In this document: positions 1 to 11,200 of the stretch, piece by piece
Layout: every line of letters starts with the position of its first letter
Numbering within the stretch: position 1 is the stretch's first letter
From: an uncultured Fidelibacterota bacterium
Lineage (GTDB): Bacteria; Fidelibacterota; Marinisomatia; Marinisomatales; UBA1611
Direction of reading: 5' to 3'
Assembly: GCA_913040915.1 (NCBI GenBank)
Contig: CAJWHW010000009.1
Coordinates: 1 to 64,000 of the forward strand
DNA: 64,000 nt
Position numbers and translations under genes: made by a program
The notes under the pieces: model-generated
Told to the model about the DNA's origin: nothing
The model's input: the letters and a program-made list of their open reading frames with translations, nothing else
Database searches by the model: none

Positions 1-1045
1 TTTTACTATTGGATAATTTGCCTAAAATTGAATCAATTTGATGAGAAAGTTCTACTGGAGTTGAAGTGGTAAGAGAAAGTTTTAATTTAATGAGTTCACC
101 GCGAACATCATCATCACTTTTACTCATAGCATCTTCGACTAATGCTAAAGCAGCATTATCTTCTCCCTTTTCTTCTAGCACATTAGCTAATCGAATAATT
201 GCTTCAAAATTAGATGAATCAGTTTCCAAGATTCTCCTGTAAAAGTTTTCAACCTCGCTATAACGACCCAAATCAAATAATGCAGATTCGATTTTTGTAA
301 AGATATTTGCACAATTTTCAATGTCCCTCATTGCAAATGCTTCCCAATTTTCCACAGCTTTTACTAGATCTCTCCTTTGTTCATATACATTTCCAAGATA
401 CCGGTAGGGTAAACCATAATCGGGGCATGATTTAATAGCTTTTTGGAAGTATGCTTTTGCTTCATCTAGTAAACTATTTTTTAATTTTTCTAGTCCTTTG
501 TAGACCTTAAACCTCGCAAGTTCCTCTTCATTATATTTACCTTTAATCTTTTGAATTTGCTTTGTCCAACTGACCGCCATATCCCATTTTTGTTCTTTTT
601 CAGCAATACCAACTAAAAATTGTAATGCCCATATATTTCGTTTTTCGATGTTAAGAATTTGTTCTGCTTCACGACTTGCTTTAGAGTATTGGTTAATCTG
701 CTCATAATCCAAAGCCAATGATTGATGTATATCCACTTTCAAGTCTGTAGATAGATTAGGCCGGACAGTTAAAGATTGGTGAATTTTTGTTGCCTGGTGA
801 GGATGATCATCTCTGAGAATATTTCCTAATTGTAAATATGCACGAATATGATTAGAATCCTGTTTCACAACATCACGTAAATGACGAATGGCTGTATTCC
901 TATCTCCCTTAATCATGGCATTTAATGCATCAGTAAAAAGAGAGTCTGATTTTGGTTTCCGGTCAGACTTATGAAAATAAAAATAAAATACTAATCCTGC
1001 CCCTACCGCAATTCCCAGGGCAAGATATAAAAATAAAAAATCCAA
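1..1045 (-). CDS. lapB: LPS assembly protein B-like TPR protein (runs off the window edge)
   Basis: Not in the ORF track. Manual translation from TTG at 1045 gives MDFLFLYLALGIAVGAGLVFYFIFHKSDRKPKSDSLFTDALNAMIKGDRNTAIRHLRDVVKQDSNHIRAYLQLGNILRDDHPHQATKIHQSLTVRP: an N-terminal TM helix followed by TPRs. It lies directly downstream of a LapA-like gene. Confidence 0.8.
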   Translation of the reverse strand, partial: MDFLFLYLALGIAVGAGLVFYFYFHKSDRKPKSDSLFTDALNAMIKGDRNTAIRHLRDVVKQDSNHIRAYLQLGNILRDDHPHQATKIHQSLTVRPNLSTDLKVDIHQSLALDYEQINQYSKASREAEQILNIEKRNIWALQFLVGIAEKEQKWDMAVSWTKQIQKIKGKYNEEELARFKVYKGLEKLKNSLLDEAKAYFQKAIKSCPDYGLPYRYLGNVYEQRRDLVKAVENWEAFAMRDIENCANIFTKIESALFDLGRYSEVENFYRRILETDSSNFEAIIRLANVLEEKGEDNAALALVEDAMSKSDDDVRGELIKLKLSLTTSTPVELSHQIDSILGKLSNSK

Positions 1046-1047
1046 AT

Positions 1048-1365
1048 CTAATATTCTCCATCCTCTATATCGTAATTATCATCAATAGCAACATTTCTAA
1101 GGTTATTTAACTCATCCATTAGCTGTTGATTTTTATTTTGGAGACTTTTCATATGAGTCTTATAGGAAAAAATGACAAAAACAGAAGCAAGAAACCCAGC
1201 AATTACACCAAACAATGTAGTAACCAGAAGTACTACATTAAGATAAGACCCTTCAATAGCATAATTAAAAAAATGTATATCTACACGTTCAACAGAATTC
1301 TGAGTCATAAAGACTATGATAATCAGATTAAATAGAATTAGGAGGAAAATTTTTACAAGTTTCAT
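1048..1365 (-). CDS. lapA: LapA family (LPS assembly protein A) membrane protein
   Basis: Two TM helices separated by QNSVERVDIHFF, a C-terminal coiled coil, and position upstream of the lapB-like gene. Confidence 0.75.
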   Translation of the reverse strand: MKLVKIFLLILFNLIIIVFMTQNSVERVDIHFFNYAIEGSYLNVVLLVTTLFGVIAGFLASVFVIFSYKTHMKSLQNKNQQLMDELNNLRNVAIDDNYDIEDGEY

Positions 1366-2684
1366 TAGGCTGCCTCGGCTTGCTTTTTTAAATGTCCACG
1401 TAAAGAGATACCTTTTGCTTCTGTTATCTGTATCCGAACCATATCCTGAATTTGTGCATCTTCTTTGTTAAATATTACCCATTTATTTGAATCTGTACGT
1501 CCTGCCCAGTCACTGGCTGAGCGTTTTGATTCTTTTTCTATAAGGACAGTTTGGATAGTACCCACAAAACTAAGATTCCTCTGCAGAGTGTGTTTTTTCT
1601 GAAGATTAATTACCTGTTCTAATCTGGCCTGTTTCACCTTTTCTGCAACTTGATCTTCATACTCTGTAGCTTTAGTACCCGGACGAGGTGAATATTTAAA
1701 ATTGAACGCTGAATCAAATTTTACTTCCTCCATTACTTCCAAAGTCTCTTGGAATTCATATTCTGTCTCACCTGGAAAGCCTACGATAATATCCGTTGAC
1801 AAGCCACTGTGTGGCAAAATTTCACGTATTCGATGTGCAAGCTTTATAAAGTGATCTTTAGTATACGTTCTATTCATCCGATTAAGAATTCTATCACTCC
1901 CCGCCTGTAATGGTAAATGAACATAATTACAAATATTATCATGTGCTGCCATTGTAAATAATAATTCATCAGTTATATCCTGAGGATGTGGCGATGTATA
2001 ACGGATTCTTTTTAACCCAGATATTTTGGCTACCTGTTTCAACAAATCATGAAATTTCTTACCGTTATGATTATAGGAATTCACATTTTGCCCTAAAAGT
2101 GTTATTTCAGTAAACCCATCCTGAACTGCTTGAGACGCTTCTGCAACTATCCCTTCGATACTTCGACTTCTTTCCCTACCACGTGTAAACGGGACTATAC
2201 AAAATGTGCAAAATTTATCACATCCGCGCATAATAGAAATCCAGGCATTGATTCCTTCCTTTCTACTTGGGAAAAGATCATCATAAACTTCAAATCGGGA
2301 CAAAGTTGTATCAACAATACCATGCTTCTCAGTTTTTCGGTTTAATAATTCCGGTAGTTTTCGGTAGGAATCAGGACCAAGAATGATATCAATATATGGT
2401 TTATTTTCCAGTAAATCATGTTTCAAGCTTTGTGCCATGCATCCTAGTACACCAATAATTGTGTCTGGCTTCTTTTTTTTAATAGTATCATAACGTCCTA
2501 ATTGAGAATAGATTTTTTCTTCAGCATGTTCTCTTATTGCACATGTATTTACAAATATTGCATTTGCATGATGAATGTCAGCCGCTGGAAAATACCCCTG
2601 ATTCTGCAGAAGTGATTCTACTATTTCAGAATCAGCTACATTCATCTGGCAGCCGTATGTTTCAATATAATACGTCTTATTCAT
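1365..2684 (-). CDS. miaB: tRNA-2-methylthio-N6-dimethylallyladenosine synthase MiaB
   Basis: TYGCQMNVADSE N-terminus, radical SAM motif CDKFCTFC, C-terminal TRAM domain. Confidence 0.95.
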   Translation of the reverse strand: MNKTYYIETYGCQMNVADSEIVESLLQNQGYFPAADIHHANAIFVNTCAIREHAEEKIYSQLGRYDTIKKKKPDTIIGVLGCMAQSLKHDLLENKPYIDIILGPDSYRKLPELLNRKTEKHGIVDTTLSRFEVYDDLFPSRKEGINAWISIMRGCDKFCTFCIVPFTRGRERSRSIEGIVAEASQAVQDGFTEITLLGQNVNSYNHNGKKFHDLLKQVAKISGLKRIRYTSPHPQDITDELLFTMAAHDNICNYVHLPLQAGSDRILNRMNRTYTKDHFIKLAHRIREILPHSGLSTDIIVGFPGETEYEFQETLEVMEEVKFDSAFNFKYSPRPGTKATEYEDQVAEKVKQARLEQVINLQKKHTLQRNLSFVGTIQTVLIEKESKRSASDWAGRTDSNKWVIFNKEDAQIQDMVRIQITEAKGISLRGHLKKQAEAA

Positions 2685-2706
2685 TAAGGAAAATTACAGA
2701 ATAAAA

Positions 2707-3636
2707 TTATTTTATGGGTTCAGAGAAAAAGTAATCAAGCGGGTTTTGCGGTGTCCCGTAATAATGAATCTCATAATGCAAATGAGGTGCCGTAGAACGG
2801 CCAGTATTCCCGGTTAAACCAATTATATCACCACGCTTAACCCTCTGACCATATTTGACCTTAAACTTAGAAAGGTGTGCATATAGAGTTGAATATCCTG
2901 AACCATGATCTATTTTAATATGATTACCAAATCCACCTACGTAATATGCACGTTTTATAACCCCATCTGCAGGTGCATAAATTGGTGTCCCTACCGGGAC
3001 TGTAATATCTTGTCCTTGGTGAAACCTACGAACATTGTCAAGTGGATCTTGACGATAACCATAACTTGAATTAAGATAACCACCGTCTACTGGTCGAATG
3101 GAAGGTATTTTTGCTATCCTAGAAATATCTTCTTGTACTTTTTCATATATTGACTCATAACTTGTTAGTTCAAGATTCACTTTTCGAGAGAGACGCTCCA
3201 AATCCATTTCCAAAATGGATAATTCCTTGTTCACTGCTGGTGCAAGATTATCTGAAAAGACCTTTGATTCCAGATTACGACCCCCAATTCCTAATTTACG
3301 GATATCTTGATCAATCTCTGGCATGCCAGCATATGTTCTAACTGCTTTATCCTTTTTCTCTATTTCATTTATCTGCTGATCTATGTGCTTTAATCTATCT
3401 TGAAGTAAAGTTAGGTTACTTGCAACATTCCTATAATTAGATCGGAATTCAGATAGCCTTCTTTCATAAAAATAATTGCTTAGAAAATCAGCAGTAAGAA
3501 TAAGAAAAGCCAGCATGACTAATAATGTTACAGTCATGAGAGAAAGAGCTTGATTCTGATTAAGGTGCCACTGGCGGACACCTCGCTCATTTTCTCTCTG
3601 TATAATATAATTTTTGCTTGATAATGGGTGTTTCAT
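2707..3636 (-). CDS. M23 family metallopeptidase with TM anchor and coiled coil
   Basis: HQGQD (HxxxD) and TGRSTAPHLHYEI (HxH) motifs. Confidence 0.9.
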   Translation of the reverse strand: MKHPLSSKNYIIQRENERGVRQWHLNQNQALSLMTVTLLVMLAFLILTADFLSNYFYERRLSEFRSNYRNVASNLTLLQDRLKHIDQQINEIEKKDKAVRTYAGMPEIDQDIRKLGIGGRNLESKVFSDNLAPAVNKELSILEMDLERLSRKVNLELTSYESIYEKVQEDISRIAKIPSIRPVDGGYLNSSYGYRQDPLDNVRRFHQGQDITVPVGTPIYAPADGVIKRAYYVGGFGNHIKIDHGSGYSTLYAHLSKFKVKYGQRVKRGDIIGLTGNTGRSTAPHLHYEIHYYGTPQNPLDYFFSEPIK

Positions 3637-3777
3637 CAGTCATTAATGTCTGAACGATTAGAAAATGTTACAATATTTAGGTGTGAATTGAAACTGATTT
3701 ATTCAGATAAAGAATTTTCAGGTTTTTCTACTGATCTATCAGTTTGGTCTGCATCTTCAAACTTGTTCTAGTTTATG

Positions 3778-4161
3778 TCATTTTTTACTTTGGCCATCCA
3801 GATCATGAATTTCATGATCTTCTATGCCATATTCTTTCTTTATTTTTTCAATTTCTAATTCTTTGGCTTCAATCTCTACTTTAATCTCGTCTACTCTGTT
3901 CACAATATCAAAAAAGTCGGTGTTCCCTGAAAATGTTGCCATGTGGTCTTCCTTCGTATGATTATAAGCTAATTTTCCTAAATCTTCGTATTTACGGCTT
4001 CTCTCCCGCTGAAGTTGGTGAATTTCAAATTTTATTTTTGAAATTCGAGTCATTTCCTCGGTCTTAGCCATGGCAATACGACTCATTTCTTCAGCCTTTT
4101 CAACAGCGGAACTACTCCACTCTTTCATATTTTCTTTTAAGTCATCCCAGAGTTTTGACAT
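3778..4161 (-). CDS. Hypothetical charged coiled-coil protein
   Basis: 127-aa ORF with ATG start, an AGGA-like RBS and an upstream TATAAT. Helical, charged composition. Confidence 0.7.
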   Translation of the reverse strand: MSKLWDDLKENMKEWSSSAVEKAEEMSRIAMAKTEEMTRISKIKFEIHQLQRERSRKYEDLGKLAYNHTKEDHMATFSGNTDFFDIVNRVDEIKVEIEAKELEIEKIKKEYGIEDHEIHDLDGQSKK

Positions 4162-4236
4162 TAACTATCCTAGATGTTTCAATTAAATATTATTATAGGT
4201 TCAAATGTACTAAAATATAAGAAAAATTTATGAATT

Positions 4237-5820
4237 TCAGTTTGTAACTTTAATCTGTTTAACAGATTGAATATCTTTCAATTTTGCTAAAATTTTTAGA
4301 TCAGATTGCGATAATCTACTGTCTACTCTGATAACAGAAAACGCTTTCCCTTTTTCCTCATTTCGATTTAATAAATATGCAGCAATATTTATACTCAAAT
4401 TTCCCAATAGTGTTCCTACTTTACCTATAACGCCCGGGACATCATTATTTTCTACCAGTAACATAGTACCTCGAGGTGTCACGTCCATTTCTCTACCGAG
4501 AATATTGACAAGTCTTGGGTGTCTATCATTAAAAACGCTACCATCTAGACGATAATCAGAATCATTCAATGTCACCTTTGATGAAATCAAATTTATATAA
4601 CTTGTTTCAGTGCTAGAATAACGAAGATCAACAACCACACCTAATTCTCTAGCAATTGTTTCTGCGTTAATATAATTGATTCTCTCTGGAACATGAGATT
4701 TTAGTAATCCTTTTAGAAAGGCTAGAGAGATTGGTTTGATCTCGTTAGCAGTCCCAAAACATTCAATTGAAACGTAAGAAATGGGTCCTTCAGCAATTTG
4801 GGACTGTATATGTCCTAAAATTTCTGCTAAATCAAAATAGGGTTTGTTTTCTTTAAGTTTATCTAAATCTGAAATGGGCATATTTAATGCATTTGTTAAT
4901 TTATCATGCAGTAAACAATCACGAACTTGTTCGCAAATGGCGCGGCTAACGCCTTCCTTAGCTTCTTTAGTTGATGCACCAAGATGTGGTGATAATACAA
5001 CACCTGGGATTCCCACTAATGGGTGGTCATTTTCAATCGGCTCTTTAGTAAATACATCAATTGCAGCTCCGGAAATTTTCCCTTCTTTTAGCGCTTTTGC
5101 TAAATCTGCCTCATTTATAATACCGCCTCTTGCAACATTAATTATACGGGCGGAAGGTTTCATGCTGCAAAGACGATTATAATTGAATAAATCTCGTGTT
5201 TGAGCATTCAAAGGTACATGGAGCGTAATATAATCTGCTTCACTAGTAAGAGTTTCCAAATCAACAATTTTGATTTCGTCTTCACTAAACATCTCCTGTT
5301 TGATGTATGGATCATATCCTAGCATGTTCATATTAAATGCTTTACACCGATCCATTACTTCACGACCAATTTTACCTAATCCTACAATCCCCAATGATTT
5401 ATTTTGTAATTCTGTACCAACTAATTGATGGCGGTTCCATTCACCTTTTTCTAATCCACTATGGCCATAATGAATATTTCGAGATAAAGTTAGCATTAAA
5501 CCTAATGTGTGTTCCGCAGCAGATATTGTGTTAACATCTGGAGTATTCATAACCACGATGCCATTTCGTGTTGCAGAGCTAATGTCAATGTTATCTACTC
5601 CAACACCGGCACGGCCAATCACTTGTAGATTCTTAGCAGATTTGATCATTCCATCGTTAATTTCAGTCCCACTACGAATGATCCACGCTTGTACTACTTC
5701 ATTAACTACATCCTTTAAATCAGCGTTTGAAGATTCGGGTAAATAGATTATATCAAGACCTGCATTTTTTAGAATAGATAAACCTTCATCTGTTATTGGA
5801 TCAGAAATAAGAACTTTCAT
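4237..5820 (-). CDS. serA: D-3-phosphoglycerate dehydrogenase (long type with ACT domain)
   Basis: GRAGVGVDNID, GLGKIG and SPHLGAST motifs plus a C-terminal ACT domain (NNDVPGVIGKVG). Start moved to ATG 5820 (MKVLISDP). Confidence 0.95.
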   Translation of the reverse strand: MKVLISDPITDEGLSILKNAGLDIIYLPESSNADLKDVVNEVVQAWIIRSGTEINDGMIKSAKNLQVIGRAGVGVDNIDISSATRNGIVVMNTPDVNTISAAEHTLGLMLTLSRNIHYGHSGLEKGEWNRHQLVGTELQNKSLGIVGLGKIGREVMDRCKAFNMNMLGYDPYIKQEMFSEDEIKIVDLETLTSEADYITLHVPLNAQTRDLFNYNRLCSMKPSARIINVARGGIINEADLAKALKEGKISGAAIDVFTKEPIENDHPLVGIPGVVLSPHLGASTKEAKEGVSRAICEQVRDCLLHDKLTNALNMPISDLDKLKENKPYFDLAEILGHIQSQIAEGPISYVSIECFGTANEIKPISLAFLKGLLKSHVPERINYINAETIARELGVVVDLRYSSTETSYINLISSKVTLNDSDYRLDGSVFNDRHPRLVNILGREMDVTPRGTMLLVENNDVPGVIGKVGTLLGNLSINIAAYLLNRNEEKGKAFSVIRVDSRLSQSDLKILAKLKDIQSVKQIKVTN

Positions 5821-5827
5821 TGGAAGA

Positions 5828-8098
5828 CTATTTTTGATCTTCTTGTTGCCCACGAATCAAATTGAGAGCAGAACCTGCCTTGAACCAATCAATTTGGGAA
5901 ACATTATATGTATGGTTACAAATAATCTGATCGGATGATCCATCAATATGTTTTACTAATAAGGTCAATGGTTTAACAGGCGAAAACTGATTCAAGTCCA
6001 AGAAATCAAATGTATCATTTTCTAGGATATTATCATAATCTGCTTTATCAGCAAAAGTCAATCCTAACATTCCTTGTTTTTTTAAATTAGTCTCATGAAT
6101 CCTTGCAAAAGATTTTACTAAAATAACACGTACACCTAAGTGCCTAGGTTCCATAGCTGCATGTTCCCGAGACGAACCTTCACCATAATTTTCATCACCC
6201 ACGACTATTGTTGGGATTCTAGCTGACTTGTAGGCTCGCTGTGTAGATGGAACAGTATCATACTCTCCAGTTAATTGATTTTTAACTGAATTGGTGGCAT
6301 TATTGAAGTAATTCACAGCTCCTGTAAGCATATTTTCAGAAATATTATCTAAATGCCCCCGAAATTTTAACCAAGGTCCTGCCATAGAAATATGATCTGT
6401 GGTACATTTTCCTTTTGCTTTAATCAGCAACTTCATACCTTTAATATTTTGGCCGTCCCAAGAATCAAATGGTTCCAATAGCTCAAGTCTCTGTGATTCA
6501 GAATTAATTTTCACATCAATTTCAGAGCCATCCACAGTAGGTGCTTGATAACCTAAATCTTCTATAGAAAATCCATTTCGTGGAAGGTCATCTCCCTTAG
6601 GCGGATCTAGCATAACCTGTTCGCCTACTTGATTATTTAGTGAATCATTGATTGGATTAAAAGTAAGATCACCAGCGATGGCTAGGGCTGTAACCAATTC
6701 TGGCGAAGCAACAAATGCGTGTGTATTGGGATTACCATCTGCCCGCTTTGCAAAATTCCTATTAAACGAATGAACAATTGTATTCTTTTCCTCTTTATAA
6801 GCATCTGTCCGTGCCCACTGTCCAATGCATGGTCCACATGCATTCGCAAAAACATCAGCACCTAATTGCTCAAAAATATCAATAAATCCATCTCTTTTAA
6901 TTGTATACCTTACTTGTTCAGATCCAGGCGTAATTGTGAATTTTGCTTTTGTATTTAGCCCCTTATCTACAGCTTGTTTTGCAATTGATGCTGCACGTGA
7001 AATATCTTCATATGATGAATTCGTGCATGACCCGATTAAACCAACTTCAATTTTTGTTGGCCAATCATTTCTTGCGGCTTCGGCTTCCATTTTTGAAACA
7101 GGAGTAGCTCTATCGGGTGTAAATGGTCCATTTAAATGAGGTTCAAGTTCAGATAAATTAATTTCAATCAGTTGATCAAAATATAATTCCGGTTCATTAA
7201 AAACTTCTTGATCTGATCGCAAGTATTCTATCATATCATTGGCCAAATTAGAGACATCTTTTCTCCCGGTTGCTTTGAGATATTTCGACATTTGTTCATC
7301 GTAACCAAATATGGATGTAGTAGCTCCAATCTCAGCACCCATGTTACAAATCGTACCTTTACCAGTACATGACAATTTATTTGCACCAGGTCCAAAATAT
7401 TCTACAATTGCTCCTGTTCCGCCCTTTACAGTTAAAATTCCTGCGACTTTTAGAATGACATCTTTTGCTGATGTCCACCCATTTAATTCACCAGTTAAAT
7501 GAACACCAATTAAATTGGGGAATTTCAATTCCCATGGCATTCCGGCCATCACATCAACTGCATCTGCACCACCAACACCAATAGCAACCATACCTAGTCC
7601 GCCAGCATTAACGGTATGGCTATCGGTACCGATCATCATGCCGCCAGGGAAAGCATAATTTTCTAAAACAACCTGATGTATTATTCCAGCACCCGGTTTC
7701 CAAAACCCTATTCCATATTTATTTGATACAGATTCTAAAAAATCATAGACCTCTCCATTACTATCCATGGCTTGAGCTAAATCAATTTGGGCACTTTTTT
7801 TTGCTTGGATAAGATGATCACAATGTACAGTAGATGGGACTGCGACTTTTTTCTTTCCAGCCATCATAAATTGCAGTAAGGCCATTTGTGCAGTCGCATC
7901 CTGCATTGCAACCCTATCGGGTGAAAATTCTACATATGATTCTCCTCTGATATATGCATTGGATAAATTTTTATTGTGGAGATGTGAGTATAATATCTTT
8001 TCTGCTAAAGTCATTGGTCGGTTCAATATATCTCGTGCAGAATTTATTTTGTCGGCCATTTGAGCATAAACGACCTTGATCATATCTAAATCAAACAT
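5828..8098 (-). CDS. acnA: Aconitate hydratase, mitochondrial/Bacteroidota type
   Basis: [37 protein letters not shown] and [10 protein letters not shown] motifs; 756 aa. Confidence 0.93.
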   Translation of the reverse strand: MFDLDMIKVVYAQMADKINSARDILNRPMTLAEKILYSHLHNKNLSNAYIRGESYVEFSPDRVAMQDATAQMALLQFMMAGKKKVAVPSTVHCDHLIQAKKSAQIDLAQAMDSNGEVYDFLESVSNKYGIGFWKPGAGIIHQVVLENYAFPGGMMIGTDSHTVNAGGLGMVAIGVGGADAVDVMAGMPWELKFPNLIGVHLTGELNGWTSAKDVILKVAGILTVKGGTGAIVEYFGPGANKLSCTGKGTICNMGAEIGATTSIFGYDEQMSKYLKATGRKDVSNLANDMIEYLRSDQEVFNEPELYFDQLIEINLSELEPHLNGPFTPDRATPVSKMEAEAARNDWPTKIEVGLIGSCTNSSYEDISRAASIAKQAVDKGLNTKAKFTITPGSEQVRYTIKRDGFIDIFEQLGADVFANACGPCIGQWARTDAYKEEKNTIVHSFNRNFAKRADGNPNTHAFVASPELVTALAIAGDLTFNPINDSLNNQVGEQVMLDPPKGDDLPRNGFSIEDLGYQAPTVDGSEIDVKINSESQRLELLEPFDSWDGQNIKGMKLLIKAKGKCTTDHISMAGPWLKFRGHLDNISENMLTGAVNYFNNATNSVKNQLTGEYDTVPSTQRAYKSARIPTIVVGDENYGEGSSREHAAMEPRHLGVRVILVKSFARIHETNLKKQGMLGLTFADKADYDNILENDTFDFLDLNQFSPVKPLTLLVKHIDGSSDQIICNHTYNVSQIDWFKAGSALNLIRGQQEDQK

Positions 8099-8237
8099 GA
8101 TATAATTTTCTCCATTTGTCGATTAATTTTTAAGGAACAAAAACGGTGGTAAACATTATAAAATATTTTCGTAATTTACTTGAAAATACTAATACTTTCC
8201 AATGCAGATGAAGTGCTCCTGCCGTAATTTTTATGTT

Positions 8238-11200
8238 ATGGTTTATCATTCCATATCCATTATTCTATTTTCAGGGATATTATTTGCTTCCATAAATAAA
8301 ACAATTTTGCAAAATAATAAGGATCAACTTGTTATATCCATTAATATTAATGCGGAAACAGAGGCTGATCTTAGACCTGCATCCATTATGATTGGTTTAC
8401 CTACAAGCAATCTACCAAAAACACAAATTCAATTTTTAAATAAAGATGAAATACCCTTTAAGTCTCACCAAAAAAAGACAAGTGATTTTGAATGGATTAA
8501 TAAACAAAAACTTTGTAACCTAGAAGTAGCGACTTTGCATATATCTCCTTTAGCAAATTCAAATGAATATTTTAAAACGATCAAAGTATCACTGGATTTT
8601 GAACGAGAGAGATATGAGCACAGAAAACCTAATAAAAATGAATTTCTACTATTAAAAAATAGAATTGTTAATTGGGATATCGCTCAAAATTGGATTCTAA
8701 AAAAAGAGAGAATAACATCAAAAATTACAAATTATACCCCTGGACGATGGTTTCAGTTTTTTTTGACTGAAGATGGAATGGTATCAATTCCTTATTCATC
8801 ACTATCTAATGTAATTGATAATATATCAAATATAGACCCCAGATCATTTTCAATCTACATGAGTAATGAATTTGGTCGTGCAAGATCTCAATCTACCAAT
8901 CAGGAAATAGCACCTAACTTAGTTGAAATTGGTATTTGGGTGCAGGGAGAAGAAGACGGAGTTTTTGATATAAATGACAGGATTATTTTTTATGGTCGTG
9001 GTCCATCCGGATACGATGTTATTGGTAATGATTTAGACTGGCATCAAAATATTTATTTTTCAAAGAATTCCTGCTGGCTCTTTATTCCGAATGATTCTTC
9101 TTTAAAGGGTAAACGAATACATCCTGCTTCTCAACCTGAATCAGTTGCGATCACATTGGATTATGGAATCTCAGCAATACATGAAGAATTGGATCTTGTT
9201 AATCTAAAGGGTGAGGGCACTGTATGGCTTAGTAATTCTATTCCTGCTGGTACATCCCAAAACATTGTTGTTGATCTATTTGCGCCAAAACCAAGTGTGG
9301 ATATCAGCATAAAGGCACGCGTTTATGGTTTTTCTAATCCAGAAAATGCATTAGCAAATCATTCGATAAGTCTACGTTTTGGTGGATTAGATGGAGAAAC
9401 TATCGGAAACAATGCGACCTGGACATCTTCATCTTTTTTGAAGAGAGATATTGTTGATACATCACCAAATATTACTCTAAATAATGGTATAAATGTTTTC
9501 TATTTGAGAAATATGTCTGATGATTCTAAATCAATGCCACATTTTGATTTTTTTGAAATTCAGTACGGCCGAGAATTATCCTTTGAAGATTCTTATAATT
9601 TCAAATCTCCTATTTCAGGTCAGAATATTCGTTTTTCATTTACAGGCGTCAAACAAGCTACTCAATTTATGTGGGATATCACGGATGTATCAAACCCAGA
9701 ATCAATGGTATTTTCAGAGTCAAATTATATTAATGTAACAGTTCCAACTGCCTTAACAAAGTATTTCATAGTTTTTGATACTAATACATTACCGGAAATC
9801 ACAGAATTTACTATTAAAGAAGATCAAGAATTTTTTACTTTACGACAGAGCGGAATACAAGCGGATTATATTGTCACAGGTCCTGAAATATTTCGTGATG
9901 AAGCTACAGAATTAGTATATTTAAGGTCTCCTGCAATTTTTGCAAGTTTAGAAACAATTTATGATGAATTTTCTGCAGGGAATAAAGATCCAATGGGGAT
10001 TCGAAGTTTTATTCAATGGGCACTCGAAAAATGGACGGAACCAGTACCAACTTTTTTAATGATTCTGGGTGATAGTGGCTATGATTATAGAAATATCACT
10101 GGTCAATCTTCCATAGTATTTCCAACTATCCAAACTACATCCTATGCTACTGATGATAAACTAGCTACTTTAAATGGCAATGTACCAGAAGTTGCAATCG
10201 GTAGATTCCCTGCCAGAGATGAATCAGAAGTGACCAATTTTATTGAAAAAGTTTTAGTGATTGAGTCTAATCCTGATCTTGGCCCATGGAGGCAGCGGGT
10301 TACAATTATGGCTGATGATGGCGCCAGACCAGAGCCAGGCAGTGGATCAATAGAAGTTGGTAAATCACACACCCTTTATTCTGAGATTCTGGCAGACTTA
10401 GTACCGTCTTCTCTGAACGTGCAAAAAATTTATATGCAGGAATACCCTGAAGTCAGTGATGCTTCAGCCTTTGGAGTATTAAAACCAGATGCAACCGAAG
10501 ATGTTTTCAAAGCTTTGAACAAAGGAACAGCTATTATCTCGTACATTGGCCACGGTTCACCATATCAATTAGCCCAAGAAAAATTATTATCTCTCAACAG
10601 GGGCGATATCAATCAAATAAATACAGGCCAAAAAATGCCTATATGGATAGTTGGCACCTGTTCATTTGGGCATTTTGATGATCCATTAACAGAGTCGTTC
10701 GCGGAGGAACTGATTCGAGAACCCTTAAATGCTGCTTCCATGATCATTTCAACTTCCCGTAAAATATCTGTCTCAGGTAATTCTCGCTATACCAGAGAAT
10801 TATTTGAAAGAATTTTTGCTAATGACCAAGTAACAGATTCACCTATTGGTGTAATTCTACAAATTGTAAAAGATGGAGCTCCAGAAGGACAATATTTTCA
10901 TTTATTTGGAGACCCAGCGATGTCCCTACCAATGCCTAAAGATATTTTAAACATCACAGGTGTAACACCTGATACATTAAAAACTCTTGGTATCGCAACT
11001 TTTAACGGGCAACAATCTAGTTTCGATGGAGATGGAGCAGGATATGTAGTATTAATTGATGCAGACCGAGAGGTAACTCGAGAATATCAAATTAATTCTC
11101 AGACAGAATCTCTGACCTACAGTTTACCTGGACCAACTCTATTTAGGGGGCAATTCTCATTTGCAGGCGAAATATTTGCAGGAGATATTCGAATTCCTCA

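Noticed and set aside
5821..5853. N-terminal extensions in the ORF track (serA, murE, fabD, acpP, DUF1080, the long Gfo/Idh/MocA)
   Set aside because: They overlap upstream genes. Downstream ATGs fit the family N-termini, signal peptides or RBS positions better.
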